Translations under genes and position numbers: made by a program | The notes under the pieces: model-generated | Databases searched by the model: none | What the model was told of the DNA's origin: nothing | What the model saw: only the letters and a program-made list of their open reading frames with translations | Part shown: one piece after another, positions 50,346 to 63,229 of the stretch | How positions within the stretch are numbered: position 1 is the first letter of the stretch | How the letters are laid out: each line of letters starts with the position of its first letter | IMG/VR virus record: IMGVR_UViG_3300033463_000003 | Strand: one strand, 5' to 3' | Length of the DNA: 64,000 nucleotides | Origin: a virus | Taxonomy: Duplodnaviria > Heunggongvirae > Uroviricota > Caudoviricetes

Positions 50346-53300
50346 ATGTCAGCTAATAACTTTAAATTAACACTTGACACAATTGCTCCAGTCGGTAGCT
50401 TTGTTTTAACTGACTGAGGTGATAACGAAACAATATATATAAATACTTCAAAGCAGCTTTCACTTAATAAAGGTGATGCTTCTTTCATGAAAATTTGGTA
50501 TGATGGATCAGCATCAACTTCTACAATTCCATCAACATATGGAAATAATACCACATTAAACTGGATTCCAGCTGCTGCAACATATACAATGTCATTCCAT
50601 GCAGATGGTGAATATTATTGCCATGTTGCTTTTATGGATGATGTTGGTAATATTTCATCAGTCGCACATTCAAAGGAAATTATGTATGAAACACAACGTC
50701 CTACATTTGTTACTGTAGATAATAAATTGCAGTTTTATGCATATGATTTAGATGATACTGATACAACAAGAAAATATTTATATACAAATAGTGCCACATT
50801 TGGTTTTCACTTTAAAGTTGCTGATACAGGTACTACACAATCATTAGTTGACCATGTTGTGCTTAGAGGTAATTTTACAGGCAGTCCAAAGACTTTATCA
50901 GGTAGTGATATTAATTCTTCTGGTGAACCTGCAAGTACATTAAATCTTACTTTTACTTCTGGTGCGACACATGGTGAGCAAATTATTTATGGTGATGTCT
51001 ATGATAAAGCTGGCAACCATCTTGCTTCAGAAGTTTCTACATCAATTATTTATGACCCAGATCCTGTTGGAGCTAACCTTGCTTTACAAAAGAATGGTAG
51101 TGCATTAGCTCAATATATTAATGCTGCTAATAATAGTTTTGATGTTGTTATTACACTTCAAGATGGTGTTGACCCAGATTCAGCAGTTGACACAGACGTT
51201 GTTGGATACAAATATTGGGGTGGTTTAACAGGACACACTTCTGAACCATCTACTTGGACAACTTGGCCAACGACTTCTGGTACTGCCAATACAAGTGTAA
51301 CACTTTCAAGTCAATCATTTACAACAGGTGATGAAACAAAGAGTGTTTATGCAAAAGTTATTGATAGAGCTGGCAACATTACAAGCTTAGGCCCAATCAC
51401 AAGAGTTTATGATAATACAGCCCCAGCTGATACCCCATCTACTCCAACTGCTACAAGTAATGATATTTGGGTTGGCCAAACTAATCCTTCATCACCAGCT
51501 AACCGTAGTAATACTGATACAATTGCTAATGGTAATGGTACAATAAATAGTACAACTGTTTACTTCTATGCCACAGATGCTACAGCAGGTGTTGCTTCAG
51601 TTGCATTTATGTGTAACTCAACTAACTTTGCTTCAGGCACACACTGCTATGATGCAACAGCTCCATCTTCTGGTAATGTTTGGTCTGGTAGCTGGACATT
51701 TAAAGGCCCAGGTGCAACAGGTGCTACAACAGGTGCAGTTGTTGGTACAAATACTGTTACAATGCGTATTACTGATAGGGCTGGAAACTATCGTGATTAT
51801 TCAGTTACTATTGTCGTTGAAAACTCGTTTACAATTGATTCATTAACAATTACAGGTCATGAATTATATTCTAATATCTTTAATTACAGTAGAGCAAATA
51901 GTGCTTTAGGTGCTACATTTGTTTGTACTGATCTTCCAACATCAAGTTGGGATACATATTATGCTTGGATTGATACCACAGCAAATAATACTACAGCTGC
52001 AGGTAATGCAAGAACTTGGGCATCTAGTGGTGGTACAAGCCAAGTTGTAGCAAATAATTTAATTAATAAGTCACTTGCAGATAATGCAACAAATTATTTA
52101 CATATTAAAGCTGTTAGTAAAACAGGCTTAGTCGCATATAAACATGCAACATTTACAATTGATTCTATTGCTCCAACATTATCAGCAAGTATTTCAAGCA
52201 CAAGTACATCTTCAAGAACTAATACAATTGTTGTTGCTGGTTCTGGTAGTACTTATGATAATGCTGGTGGTGTAGGCCTTGATTGTATTAAGATTGCTGC
52301 AAAATCTGGCACATCATTACAAACAGGTGCTATTGACTGGACAAATTATACTGCAGGTAATTATACAGTAACATTATCTTCATCAACACAAGATGGAACT
52401 TATGGTGTTATTGTATATCTTCGTGATAAAGCAAATAATAGCACATCACAAGAGCTTACATGGGAATATGATAAGACTGCCCCAGCAGTTGCTGTTGATG
52501 GCTTGGTATTAAAAGAATCAGATGGAACTACTGGTAAAGTTTCACCAACTGCTATTAATACAGTTAGAGCTCAAATTACATTTGCATCACCAGATGCTAC
52601 AGATGATGAAAATACTCTTTGGTATAAGATTTATGGTGATATTGCTACAACAGCTAGTGGTGCTGCAATTACTGAATCTAATGCTGAATGGGTACCATTC
52701 CATACAGATAATACTAACTTAGCAAATGGTGAACAAGCAAGAATTTCAGCTACAACTACAATTACAGAAATATTCTATTGTACAGCAGCTGTTACCGGTA
52801 CTGATGGTGATACTAAGACTATTAGAGTTAAGTTAAAAGATAATGCTGGAAATATTTCATCAGAAGCAACAGCATCCTTCATTTATAACCCAAGAAGAGC
52901 TGAGTTGTTTATTTCAGAGGTATCACACCCAAGAATTAGCTGCTCACATATTAAACGTAAAACAACAAGTGGCGGCAACGTAGTTGATGAAAGTAATATT
53001 ATTATTGACTATGATGATAGTAGTAGTACAACAGCAGATAGATACACAATTGAGGACTATGCAGATGTTGTTGCATTTAAAGTAAAATCAGGTGAAACTG
53101 GTAATGGCCAAACAATTGTTGAATGGAAAGTTGCTGCTTATACAACTTATCCAAGCTCAGATGTTTCAGGTGAAACAGTTACTGCAATGACAAAACGTAA
53201 TGGTTCATACTCAACAACTGGCTATAGTAATACCATTGCAGGTGGTACAAAAGTATGGCACGTTGTTATTGATGGCCAAGATTATAGAACTGCTTTAGGT

Positions 53301-53408
53301 GGCAGTGCATCTACAAATAAAGATGGCCTTCATTATATTGTTGTATTTGGTAAGAACCAAGCTGGCTTATGGTCATTAGCTGGCACAGTCACTGAAATTG
53401 ACTGGTAA
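50346..53408 (+). CDS. Large Thr/Ser/Gly-rich structural protein, probable tail fibre or appendage (about 1020 aa), with one in-frame TGA at 50415
   Basis: ATG at 50346 after an AAGGAG RBS. In frame with track ORF 50487-53408 with no other stop between. Repetitive beta-rich sequence. Confidence 0.6.
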
Positions 53409-53492
53409 TTATTAAAAGTATAATTGACAAGTTATGGTCGATGGCTAATTTGAACGGCCATCGACCATTTATTTAAAAGTAAAGGAGCTTAT

Positions 53493-55184
53493 ATGGCAAC
53501 ACGTCCAACAATAACATATTCAAATGTTAAACATAAAGTAATTGGTGGCGTTTCAGGCGGAAATTTTACATATAATGATGAGGATATTTCTGTCCTTTTT
53601 AATGGTGGTGTTGGCGGAAGTACATCGTATAAAGTTTCTTGTAATTCACCATTTAACCAAATAACAGGACAATTTACATCTAGTATTGCTTTAACAAGAT
53701 TTGAAATAAGAGTTAATCCAATAGAGGAAGAAGAATATGGACCAAATATTGGCAATTTAGTTTGTATGGAGCTTGGTATTTCAGCCAATACAGCTAAATC
53801 ATTTTCATTTACTATTTCAACATCTACTTTTAATGGAAGCCCCACTAACACATATAGAGTTTGCTTATTATCGCAAGCGCAATCCGATTATACATGGGAT
53901 TATACAGCATTATTTATGGTTATTAATAATTCATTTACTGACCTTTATAAAGAAGTAGAGTACCTTAGTTTTAGTCGTGATAGTAATCCATGTTGTATAG
54001 ATACAGGTGTTACTATGCAAAAAACTTATTCTATAGAAACAGCTATGGAACTTACAAATACTTCAGGTGATAATCAATTCTTATTTAGTGATAGATCCAG
54101 CAGTGGTGGTTATTTCCATGTTTATGTTGCGCCATCAAGATTTGCTACATATCAGTCGCCAAATGTTGGTACTATTACTATGGCATTAAACCAAAAATAT
54201 ATATTTAGAAAAGTTGGAACAAGCTGTTATGTAGATAGCACTTATTATGGTGAATCTGGGACAAGCACTCAGACAACACGAACTTTATTAATTGGTTGTG
54301 TTGATTCTACGACAAATACTCGTGGTTTTTATGGAAAGTGCTATTATTTTAAAATTTATGATGCTAATAAATCACTTCTTAGATGTTTTATACCTTGTGT
54401 TAGAAAAAGTGATTCAGTACCTGGAATGTTTGATACTGTTAATGAAGTATTTTATCAGAATACAGCTAGTGGCTCATTTACAGCTGGCCCAGAAATAGAA
54501 TTACCGGCAGCATATCAAGAAATAGAGTATCTTGAATCAACAGGATCACAATATATTAATACTGGTTTTATTCTTGATTTTAATACTAGAGTTGTTTGTG
54601 ATATGGCTTTAACTTCCCAAACAACTGGTATAATGTTGTGGGGCGCAATCGGTTCAACACCAAATATATTAGAATATTCTTGCTATGTAAACAGTAGTAA
54701 AATAAGGCCATATTTTCAGGTAAATAGCTCAACATATTATCAATTTTATTCTGATACCTTACTAACAAATCAATTAATACATATTGATTTTGATGTTAAA
54801 CCAGATAAACAACAAATAGTAACATCACAGGGTAGTAATGCTTATACATATGATAAAACATTTAATTTAACAACTTCTAATACATCTGACCATAATATGT
54901 TTATTTTTGCTTCTTCTACAAATAGTGGTGGTGTAGGTTGGCCAGGTGCATCAAAGTTATATAATATGAAAATATATAAAAATGATGAACTTGTTAGATA
55001 TTTTATTCCATGCTATAGGAAATCAGATAGTAAGCCAGGATTATATGACCTAGTAAATGATGTTTTTTATGTAAATCAAGCAAGTGGTACTGAATTTACA
55101 ATGGGGCCAGCTTGTGAAAATATGCGTTCAGTTAATGCTTATGAAAAGTTTGTTCCAACAGGTGCAGACGGATTTGCTGTTTAG
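53493..55184 (+). CDS. Tail-fibre-like protein (563 aa) carrying two copies of a ~40-aa module also found in 59480-63196
   Basis: CFIPCVRKSDSVPGMFDTVNEVFYQNTASGSFTAGPE and RYFIPCYRKSDSKPGLYDLVNDVFYVNQASGTEFTMGP. Confidence 0.55.
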   Translation: MATRPTITYSNVKHKVIGGVSGGNFTYNDEDISVLFNGGVGGSTSYKVSCNSPFNQITGQFTSSIALTRFEIRVNPIEEEEYGPNIGNLVCMELGISANTAKSFSFTISTSTFNGSPTNTYRVCLLSQAQSDYTWDYTALFMVINNSFTDLYKEVEYLSFSRDSNPCCIDTGVTMQKTYSIETAMELTNTSGDNQFLFSDRSSSGGYFHVYVAPSRFATYQSPNVGTITMALNQKYIFRKVGTSCYVDSTYYGESGTSTQTTRTLLIGCVDSTTNTRGFYGKCYYFKIYDANKSLLRCFIPCVRKSDSVPGMFDTVNEVFYQNTASGSFTAGPEIELPAAYQEIEYLESTGSQYINTGFILDFNTRVVCDMALTSQTTGIMLWGAIGSTPNILEYSCYVNSSKIRPYFQVNSSTYYQFYSDTLLTNQLIHIDFDVKPDKQQIVTSQGSNAYTYDKTFNLTTSNTSDHNMFIFASSTNSGGVGWPGASKLYNMKIYKNDELVRYFIPCYRKSDSKPGLYDLVNDVFYVNQASGTEFTMGPACENMRSVNAYEKFVPTGADGFAV

Positions 55185-55210
55185 TTAAATAAATATATAA
55201 AAAATAATAT

Positions 55211-55240
55211 AAAACTCCTGCTATTGAGCTGGAGTTTTTA
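55211..55240 (+). terminator. Rho-independent terminator (aaactcc...ggagttttt). The late motif TGCTAAATTAT follows at 55249-55259.
   Basis: Stem-loop followed by a U-run. Confidence 0.55.
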
Positions 55241-55289
55241 TTTATATTTGCTAAATTATATGAGTTTTCGGACAAGGAGAGCACAAATT

Positions 55290-55790
55290 ATGGCAGAATA
55301 TCTAAGTAGTTTTGCAGGAAAAGAAGTTGATAGAGCAATTAGCAAGCTAAAAAACTGGGCGGCTGCTGGTTTTGATGCAAGCTTAGCAAATATGACCACC
55401 ACAGATACCTATGATACTGTTACTATTAATAGTGCTACTTATGCTGTACTTTGGAAAGTTGCTCCTACAAGCTCAAATACAGTATATGGTATTGGATTAA
55501 GCACAACCACTGGTGCTATTTATCAAATTAAGTCTACAAATGGCACAAAAACAGCCGTCGCATTAGATACTGATACAAAGACTACTGCTGCATCTGCTAA
55601 TAGTGATAATAAATTATTCTTAATTGGTAGAACACAACAAAGCTCAACTGGTGATACAACATATTCAAATACTCAAGTATATGAAACAGCTGGCACATTA
55701 AATGCAACTAAGTTTACAGTTGATGCAGCACATACTGGCGGTACAATCCAATATAATACTACAACAGGATGTATAGAAATTATATGCTAG
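55290..55790 (+). CDS. hypothetical structural protein (166 aa)
   Basis: ATG at 55290 after a GGAGAG RBS. In frame with track ORF 55224-55790. Confidence 0.5.
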   Translation: MAEYLSSFAGKEVDRAISKLKNWAAAGFDASLANMTTTDTYDTVTINSATYAVLWKVAPTSSNTVYGIGLSTTTGAIYQIKSTNGTKTAVALDTDTKTTAASANSDNKLFLIGRTQQSSTGDTTYSNTQVYETAGTLNATKFTVDAAHTGGTIQYNTTTGCIEIIC

Positions 55791-57841
55791 CAGATTTTAT
55801 CGTAGAAAAAGATAAGCTTATTCTAAGGAATTTGAATAAAAATGGTGCAGCTTTAGATGTTTGGTCATCAGGCAGCTCAAGCTATAATTTTTATAATGTG
55901 CCATATGAAACTCCTGTAGTATTAGACCATTATTACTACCAAAGATTTACATATAAATTTACTACAACTAATCAATCACCAACTTGATCACAATTTTATA
56001 TTCAAGGCGGTATGAGGGGTGGTCCAAATATTTCTAATCCGGTAGCTGGAACAGAGTATACAGCAAGTGGTATTCAAACAGTATCTATTACAAGTCCAAG
56101 CTATACTATTACTTCTGGTACTTTATATAATGGCCCAGGTGGTGCAATTAGTGGTGTATCAGCTCAAGCAAAAAATGTTCTAATTTATGATGTTACAATT
56201 TTAAGAACATATTTAAGAGCCCTAGGTATTGCTACAACTGATTCAGCAATTAAAACATGGTGTGATAATAATTTAGTTTATGTTCCACCATATACTGATT
56301 ATGATATTTCAAACCTTCTTACAAATGATGCTACAAATAAAGTATATATAAAAGAAGGGCATATTATTGCAAATAACTTTATTGAATGTGATGGCATGAA
56401 ATACTATTCATATAATAAAAACTTAGATAATTATTTTGATGAAAGTTTATCTGGTGTATCAGTATATAATAATTCTGGTAATGGAACTGTTACTCATACA
56501 CGAATTTCTGCTGAAACACAAGATTCACCATTTCTTGGAAAACACCCATATATTCTACAAATTACTACAAATGGGACAGCCAGTCCTGGTGCAGGCGGGC
56601 TAGTTTTATACCACCAGTCAGCGGCCAATAAAATATTTGTAGAAAAAATTGTGGCAAAAATTCCAGTTGGCTATACATTAAATTGTTACTATAATCCACA
56701 AGGTGATGGCGCTTCAATTGGATTTATTTCCTCCCAAGCTGGAACAGGTGATTGAGCTGAGTATACTGTGCTATATAAGTGTGGTTCAAGTGGTTCATTT
56801 TCAAGCGGCGGGCATCTTGCATTAGTAGCAAATAGTGGCTATAGTAATACCTCAGTTACTTGGTACATTGCATATGCTAATAACTGTGATATTACTGATA
56901 AAGAATACCTAAAATATTATACTGCTATGCCAGACACTTATAGATTTAAAGATGGAAATATATATGATACAAAATTTGATACAGTAAATTTATTTCCAAA
57001 TGGTGATGCAAGTGACCAGACAATGCCTTTACCATCAGGCTGGACTTATGATACCGAAGATTATGCTGGAAATGCAAAGTGTTCAATTGTTCAACCAGTT
57101 AATGCAGCTGCAGGCACATTTGATGTATTTATGCCAATAGATCCAACAGCATTATATAAAGTTTCTTATTGAGTAAAAACAACCGGGGATATGTCAAGTT
57201 TTTTAACAGCTATATATTTATATGCTTCAAATAAAACCACTCAAATTGTTCACGCTAATTCTCAGTATGTTTATGGCACAAAGACAAAATTAGCCCAAGA
57301 TTTAGTAAGTGGGGCAACAGAAGTATATCTTAATTCAGTCTCAAATTGGACTATTAAGAGCTGGTCATCTTTAGGGATCAGAAATAATGAATATAATTCA
57401 ACTTATAATGATATATTAACTTATGATAATGGTTCAGGTGGTATTGTTGGTGCTGTAGATACCACAAATAAAAAAATCACTCTTACAAAAGCTTATTCTG
57501 GTAATACAATAGCTACTGGTAAAACTGTTGTAGAAAGCTTTGATGGTAGTAATCATCCATACCCAATTAATAAAAATATGTTGCCAACTGATAACACATG
57601 GAAGTATGTTGAAGGTACTTTCGGAAAAGCTAATACTTTATCAGATGGTCAAGCAAATTCTGGTGGCTCAACTTGGCAAGGTATTCCAGCAGTGGTTAGA
57701 TATATAAAGCTAACACCAAATTTATATAAAAATACAAGTACAGCAGCAATTAAATTTTCAGATATAAGAATAGAACAAATAAGTAATTCAGCAGGTCATA
57801 GATACGAAAAAAAGATAGCATTTAAAAAACATTCAGTATAA
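55769..57841 (+). CDS. Tail-fibre-like protein (about 690 aa) with three in-frame TGA codons. Exact start uncertain (55769 or 55784).
   Basis: Track ORFs 55769-55987, 56012-56755, 56768-57172 and 57191-57841 all lie in frame 2 with only TGA between them. Confidence 0.55.
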
Positions 57842-57856
57842 TAAGGAGAAAAAAGT

Positions 57857-59436
57857 ATGGCAACATTAGGTGATACCACGGTAACTAGTCTAAATGTACT
57901 AAATACAACTACAACAAATAAAATAAGTGCACCAACATCTGATGGTGGCTCTACTTTTGGTTTGGGCTCTAATGGTCAACTATTAAAAACAAATGGAACA
58001 ACTATTTATTGAGGTGCTATTAAAAAAACAGACTTACCATCTCTTACAGCAAGTGATGTTAGTGCATTACCAGCTAATACAACATACCTTGAAAGTATTG
58101 TATCTACTAGTGGTGATAAATCCTGGACATTAACTAATTCTTTAAATACTTCGTGATTGATTCCAAAAGATGGACATAAGGTCAGTTTTAAAGATAGTAG
58201 CGGAAATAATATTTTTACTGTATCTTCATTTAATGATGTAGTAATAAAAGAAGGCAGTAACATTATTATTACAGAAGGCACTAATGGAACTGCAGTTATT
58301 TCAGCAGATTTCACTAATAACTTAGCTCCAGCCTATAGTGCATCTTCTACTTATTCACTTGGTGCAAAAGTTATTTATAATGGACAACTTTACAAATGTA
58401 CTACAGCTATTTCTACAGCAGAAGCTTGGAATAGTGCTCATTGGACAGCTATTAAAGTTTCTAATGGATTTGTTGATTTAGATTCAACACAAACTATTTC
58501 TGGGGCTAAGACATTTGATACATCGGGTAGTATCAATACAAATGTTACTATTTCCGGTGGTTTTGGTGGTCAATCCGGGTATGAATCAGACGCTATTGGA
58601 GGCTTGATGCTTACAGGTGCAGCAAGTGGAATGTATGGAAAAGCAACTTTATTATTAGCTCATGCTAGTGCCAGTTCTTCTGCCTCTAGCCCAGTGAAAG
58701 TATATTTACCAAATGAAACAGGTACTGTCGCTTTAAAAAATATTGATAATAATTTTAGTGCAAAACAAACATTTTTTACTGGTATAGGTATTGACAATGA
58801 TACTTCCAGCCAATATCCACTTAATATTGAAAAAAGTGCTACATTTAAATTAAAAGCAACGGCTGCAGTTGCTACAAATTATAATACTGAGTATGATTTG
58901 CAAAATAATTACTTAATACTCAAACATGTATCATCTTCAGCCGATTCCTATTTACAATTTCCACAAGGAAAAGGAAGCGTATCTGGAAGTACTATTACTT
59001 ATGCAACTCTTGCAACAACTGATGACATTACTAATGCCTATTGGGCAAATGTAAAAGTTTCTACTAGTAGTTCGACTTCAACCAGTCCAACTTTTGGTAC
59101 CGCTACTATAGGGTCTCTTGGTTATGCTCAAATCTATGCCTATGAAAACTCTAATTCAACTAATTCTGCAGTTATAAAAGTTATATCTGGCAGCACTACA
59201 GCAAGAGCATTATATATACAACCATATGGATCAGCTGGCAGTGCTTCAAATACTGGTAGTGTAATTATTGGTGGAGCTGTTGAATCTTCCCCAAATAATG
59301 ACTATAAATTAAGAGTGGTTGGCAATACCGCAGCCTCTTCTCTTACATTAATAAATGTTGATGGTAGTATGAATTGAAGTGCAAAAGCAACAATGTCCTA
59401 TGACACAACAAATGAGTGTATAAAATTCACATTCTA
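57857..59436 (+). CDS. Tail-fibre-like protein (526 aa) with three in-frame TGA codons
   Basis: ATG at 57857 after an AAGGAG RBS. In frame with track ORF 58157-59377. Continues through the TGA at 59375 to the TAA at 59434. Confidence 0.55.
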
Positions 59437-59479
59437 AAATTTTAATGTATAATAAAAAGTAAAGGATAGATTATAAATA

Positions 59480-62400
59480 ATGGCATTATTAGCTTGGTTT
59501 CCATTAAATAATTCAATAACAAATTTAGGTGAAAATACTTTTACTATTACTTCACCTTCTTTTACTGGTGCTGTAAATACAGGTGGAACTGGGAAAACAG
59601 CCACTTATTGCGGTAGTTTTTCTACTGTATCTGGTGCAGCACAATCATATTTATCATCAGAAACTATTTCATTAAAAAGCACAGATCCGATTTCTATTTT
59701 TTGCTGAGTTAAAATGAATAGCTTTAATATGATAAATGATGGTGCATATTTAAATGGGCTTGTATCAAATCATAATCATGGGCATAATAGCGACCATGGC
59801 TCTGGTTTTGGCCTTAATTTAAGAAATGATGGAAGCAGTTTTAGAGTAAGTATTTCAACATCACATACTAGTGGTAGAACTTATTCTACTTATTATGGCA
59901 ATACTACTTTTGGAACTGGTGAATGGCATCACGTTGGTTTTACATATGATGGCACCAAGATTAGGCTTTATTTAGATGGAAATTTAGATGGAGAGTCTTC
60001 TTTTACTTCTTCTTATAATTCAAATAACCCAATTGGTCTAGCCTGTTGGTCTACTGGCTTTTCTGATTATGGAAGTGAATGTTGCCTTCAAGATGTAAGA
60101 GTTTATAATCATGCTTTATCAACAAAAGAAATAAAAAATCTTGCAAGAGGTTTAGTTGTCCACTATGATTTTGAAGATATTTATGAGCTTGTTGATTGTG
60201 TAAATTTTTTCACTCTCTTTACTGACGCTGGAACTCTTGATACTCTACCAGCTACACCTGATTATAATTCATTTGTATTAGAGGTTAATGCTACTAACGC
60301 TGTTCCAAGTTCAACTTCAGCCCGAACTTTTATTATTTGTAATGGAACGGTTACATTAAGTGGTAGTTCTGGCGGTGTGTTTGTTATAATGCCTATATTG
60401 TCACCAACTTGAGGTATTTATGTAAATGGTAATGGATATTATGGCTACTATGATGGAACTAATTATGTAGATACTAGTATTTTAGCTAGTTCAGGTAAAG
60501 CAATAATTACATATAATTATACAACTCATATTTTAACAGTAAACAATTATAGTGTTAACGTTTCATTTAGTAGCAAGCCAAATGGGCTTATGCCATGTGC
60601 TAGTAGAATTGCATATGTAACAAGTACTACATCTATTAATATTTATAGTTTAAAATTTTTTGATAGCAATAATAAGTTAGTGAGTGCTTATTTACCTGCA
60701 ACTAGCCATACTGATGGTACAATTGGCCTATATGATAGAATTACTAACAAATTTATTACATCGCAATTAGATATACTTTCAGCAAATACTCAAGCTACTC
60801 CAGCAAAGATTCAAACAAAAATTGTACCTGATATTAGTGGTAATTGCTTGCATGGACAGTTTAATGCTTCAACTTCATTTGTTAGTGATACAGCAATAGG
60901 AACAAAAGCTGCCTCATGTGCTTCAACAGGCATTATTACACCAACATTACCCGTATTTACACAATATACTATTTCTATGTGGTTTAAGCTTGGGGCAACT
61001 GGTACTATGCCACTTGGTTCAAATACTTTAACAGCACAAAATACATCTTTTTACTGCTATGGTGATAACTCTTGAGCATATACAACAAGTGCAGGTTGGC
61101 AAGAAAAGTATTATAATCATAATGGTGGTGCTGTTTCTACCAGCAATTGAGTTCATTGGGTAGCAACATATGATGGAACCAATACTAAAATTTATAGAAA
61201 TGGTGTGTTAGAGGGAACAGATGCTGTTACAACAGCTGGAGCCACTGTTAACTTCCCACAAATTTCAGTTGGCTATGGGTATAATGGTTCTTCTTATTGG
61301 TCAACACAAAAAATTGCAGATTTTAGACTTTATGCAACAGCTTTATCAGCTGATGATATTTTAGAGCTATATAAATGTAGAGGAATAATTGATAAGGCTG
61401 GCAATATTTATAGTGATAGTAGTATACCTGGTAGTGAATTTACTATTACAAAAAAGGGCATTGCAACTATTGATGATTATACAAAAGGCGGTAGTATTGC
61501 CAAAATTGCAGGAAGCAAATATACTCGCCTTGAATATATTGAATCTGTTAATGGATCAGCATATATTAATACTAATTATATTTATAGTAATAGTGCAACC
61601 GATAATGCTAGAATAGTTGTTGATTATACACCAGTGACACTATCTGATGATGGTACATACTATAAATATCGTGTTAGTGGTTCATATAATGGCGAGCCTT
61701 ATAGAGCAATGATTTTATATGGTACTCCTGCAACTGCTGAACAATTAAGACTTGGTAATGGTGCAGGTGATTATCCAGTTTTAGTATCAGGAAATGCTTT
61801 TCATCCAGCCGCTGGGACAAGATATTTAATGGATTTGACAGCTAAAGGTGGTGTTGTCTCTGGCACAGTTAATGGTGTAACAGCATCTGGTACGTATTCA
61901 GGAACAGTTTATAGTAATAGGCCATATTTAATTTTTGCAAATAATGAAAACGGAACACCAGGATACTATGGTAGATTTAGACTGTATAGTTTTAAAATGT
62001 ATGACTGTGATAAATTAGTTAGAGACTTTATTCCAGTTAAAAAAGGTACTGCTGTAGGATTATATGATTTGGTTGAGGGCAAATTTTATAGCAATGCAGG
62101 TGCAAATTCATTTACTGCTGGCCCAGAAATAGGGAGTTTAAATGCCATTAGTTGTAACAATTTTTATGATGATGGTGGTGCCGCTATTGCAACACATAAT
62201 TTATTAGCAAATAAGTTAATAAAAAATAATATTACTGTTGTTTTAAACACAGGTGTTAATAGTATTGTAGTAACTAAAACAGATTTAGATGGTGGGCAAT
62301 CAACTCAAACATTTATATCAAATGGAACATGCTCAAGTGCAATTAATTATCCATATGCATGGACAGCTAGTGCTAAATCATCTTATTCAGTATATCCAAG

Positions 62401-63196
62401 TAGTGGTAGCGGCTATTTTCATAATGGTGAATATACTGTTATTTCACCAACCGCAACAAGAAAGACACAAACAATTACTATATCATTACCAACTAATGTA
62501 GCATCTGTTACATTAACTTATTATAATGCCTCTGAAACATCAACAACAACTACCTTTACTTCAAATGGTTCAGTTACAGCAGCTCAAGGCTATACCTATT
62601 CATGGACAGCAAAACCAGCTCGTGGGTATTCTTTAAGCTCATCAAGTGGAACTGGTACTGTTTCTACAGTAGCTATAACAGTACCATCAACAACTGCTAC
62701 AGCTTTAACTGCCTACACAATGGCATTTACAAGTAATACATACTGCTCTTGGGATAGTAGTACTTCTGCAACAATATATTCTGGTGAGTATTTAGAGGTT
62801 AGTACTCTTGCACTTGGTACCATACTTAAGCCTTATGTTTCTTGTAAGAGCGATTCAAGTAGTAGTGCAACTACTTATTGGACAAGACAGGTTACATTAG
62901 GAAGTGAAACTGGTTATACATACTCATTTAGTAATTTCTATCAGGGAACTTCTAGTTCAGGCACTGTTTTATCATCTAGTACATATGATGGTAGTTTTAC
63001 AAATATTTATGCTTATACTACAAGGACACAAGAATGTTCAAGTTATAATGTTTGTACGGGCCGTACAATTTGTGGTAATAACATTATAATTTGTGGATCC
63101 AGAACCATTACATGCCCAACTAGAGGTATATGCACTAAGGATGTACTCAGCAATGGTGATGACTTAGATAATGAGTGGGAAGAACATATTATCTAA
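59480..63196 (+). CDS. Multi-domain LamG/ConA-like lectin-fold fibre protein (1238 aa) with four in-frame TGA codons and a Cys-rich C-terminal tail
   Basis: Track ORFs 59480-59707, 59714-60412, 60590-61075 and 61205-63196 all lie in frame 2. LamG_3 signatures ISIFC(TGA)VKMN...GEWHHVGFTYDGTKIRLYLDG and TISMWFKLG...VHWVATYDGTNTKIYRNG. The C-terminus reads CTGRTICGNNIIICGSRTITCPTRGIC. Confidence 0.65.
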
Positions 63197-63229
63197 AAAT
63201 AATTGTATAATATAATTAAGGTAAATAGT

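Noticed and set aside
1677-58314. All minus-strand ORFs in the track (for example 1677-1913, 3214-3480, 3375-3572, 4573-4806, 6257-6505, 7687-7872, 16454-16762, 19984-20172, 24318-24521, 28133-28333, 38206-38520, 49513-49716, 53489-53851 and 58006-58314)
   Set aside because: Each lies wholly inside a well-supported + strand gene. They have no RBS or promoter and low-complexity (Leu/Ser/Phe-rich) translations typical of antisense frames in AT-rich DNA. The entire window is transcribed left to right.
21200-62501. Plus-strand alternative-frame ORFs with Leu/Lys/Gln-rich translations (21200-21406, 21722-21967, 22630-22836, 25464-25667, 27407-27595, 37844-38035, 45529-45744, 48022-48207, 51568-51846, 52522-52722, 54292-54498, 61389-61616, 62289-62501 and 62904-63089)
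   Set aside because: They are embedded out of frame in long genes and have repetitive low-complexity products and no start signals. They are artefacts of AT-rich codon composition.
1657-63196. Reading TGA as Gly (translation table 25) instead of Trp
   Set aside because: Gly-rich contexts such as GGAGG-TGA-SPKSGG made Gly tempting. However, the internal LamG duplication aligns TGA at 59705 (ISIFC*VKMN) with TGG-Trp at about 60980 (TISMWFKLG) at the conserved Trp position. Most other contexts are hydrophobic or aromatic (DLV*FDE, NGY**HLP). Trp is therefore preferred, though not proven without external homologs.
1657-63196. Selenocysteine or programmed frameshift as the explanation for in-frame TGA
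   Set aside because: There are about 50 occurrences across unrelated genes, no SECIS-like hairpins downstream, and no frame change is needed. Genome-wide sense reassignment is far simpler.
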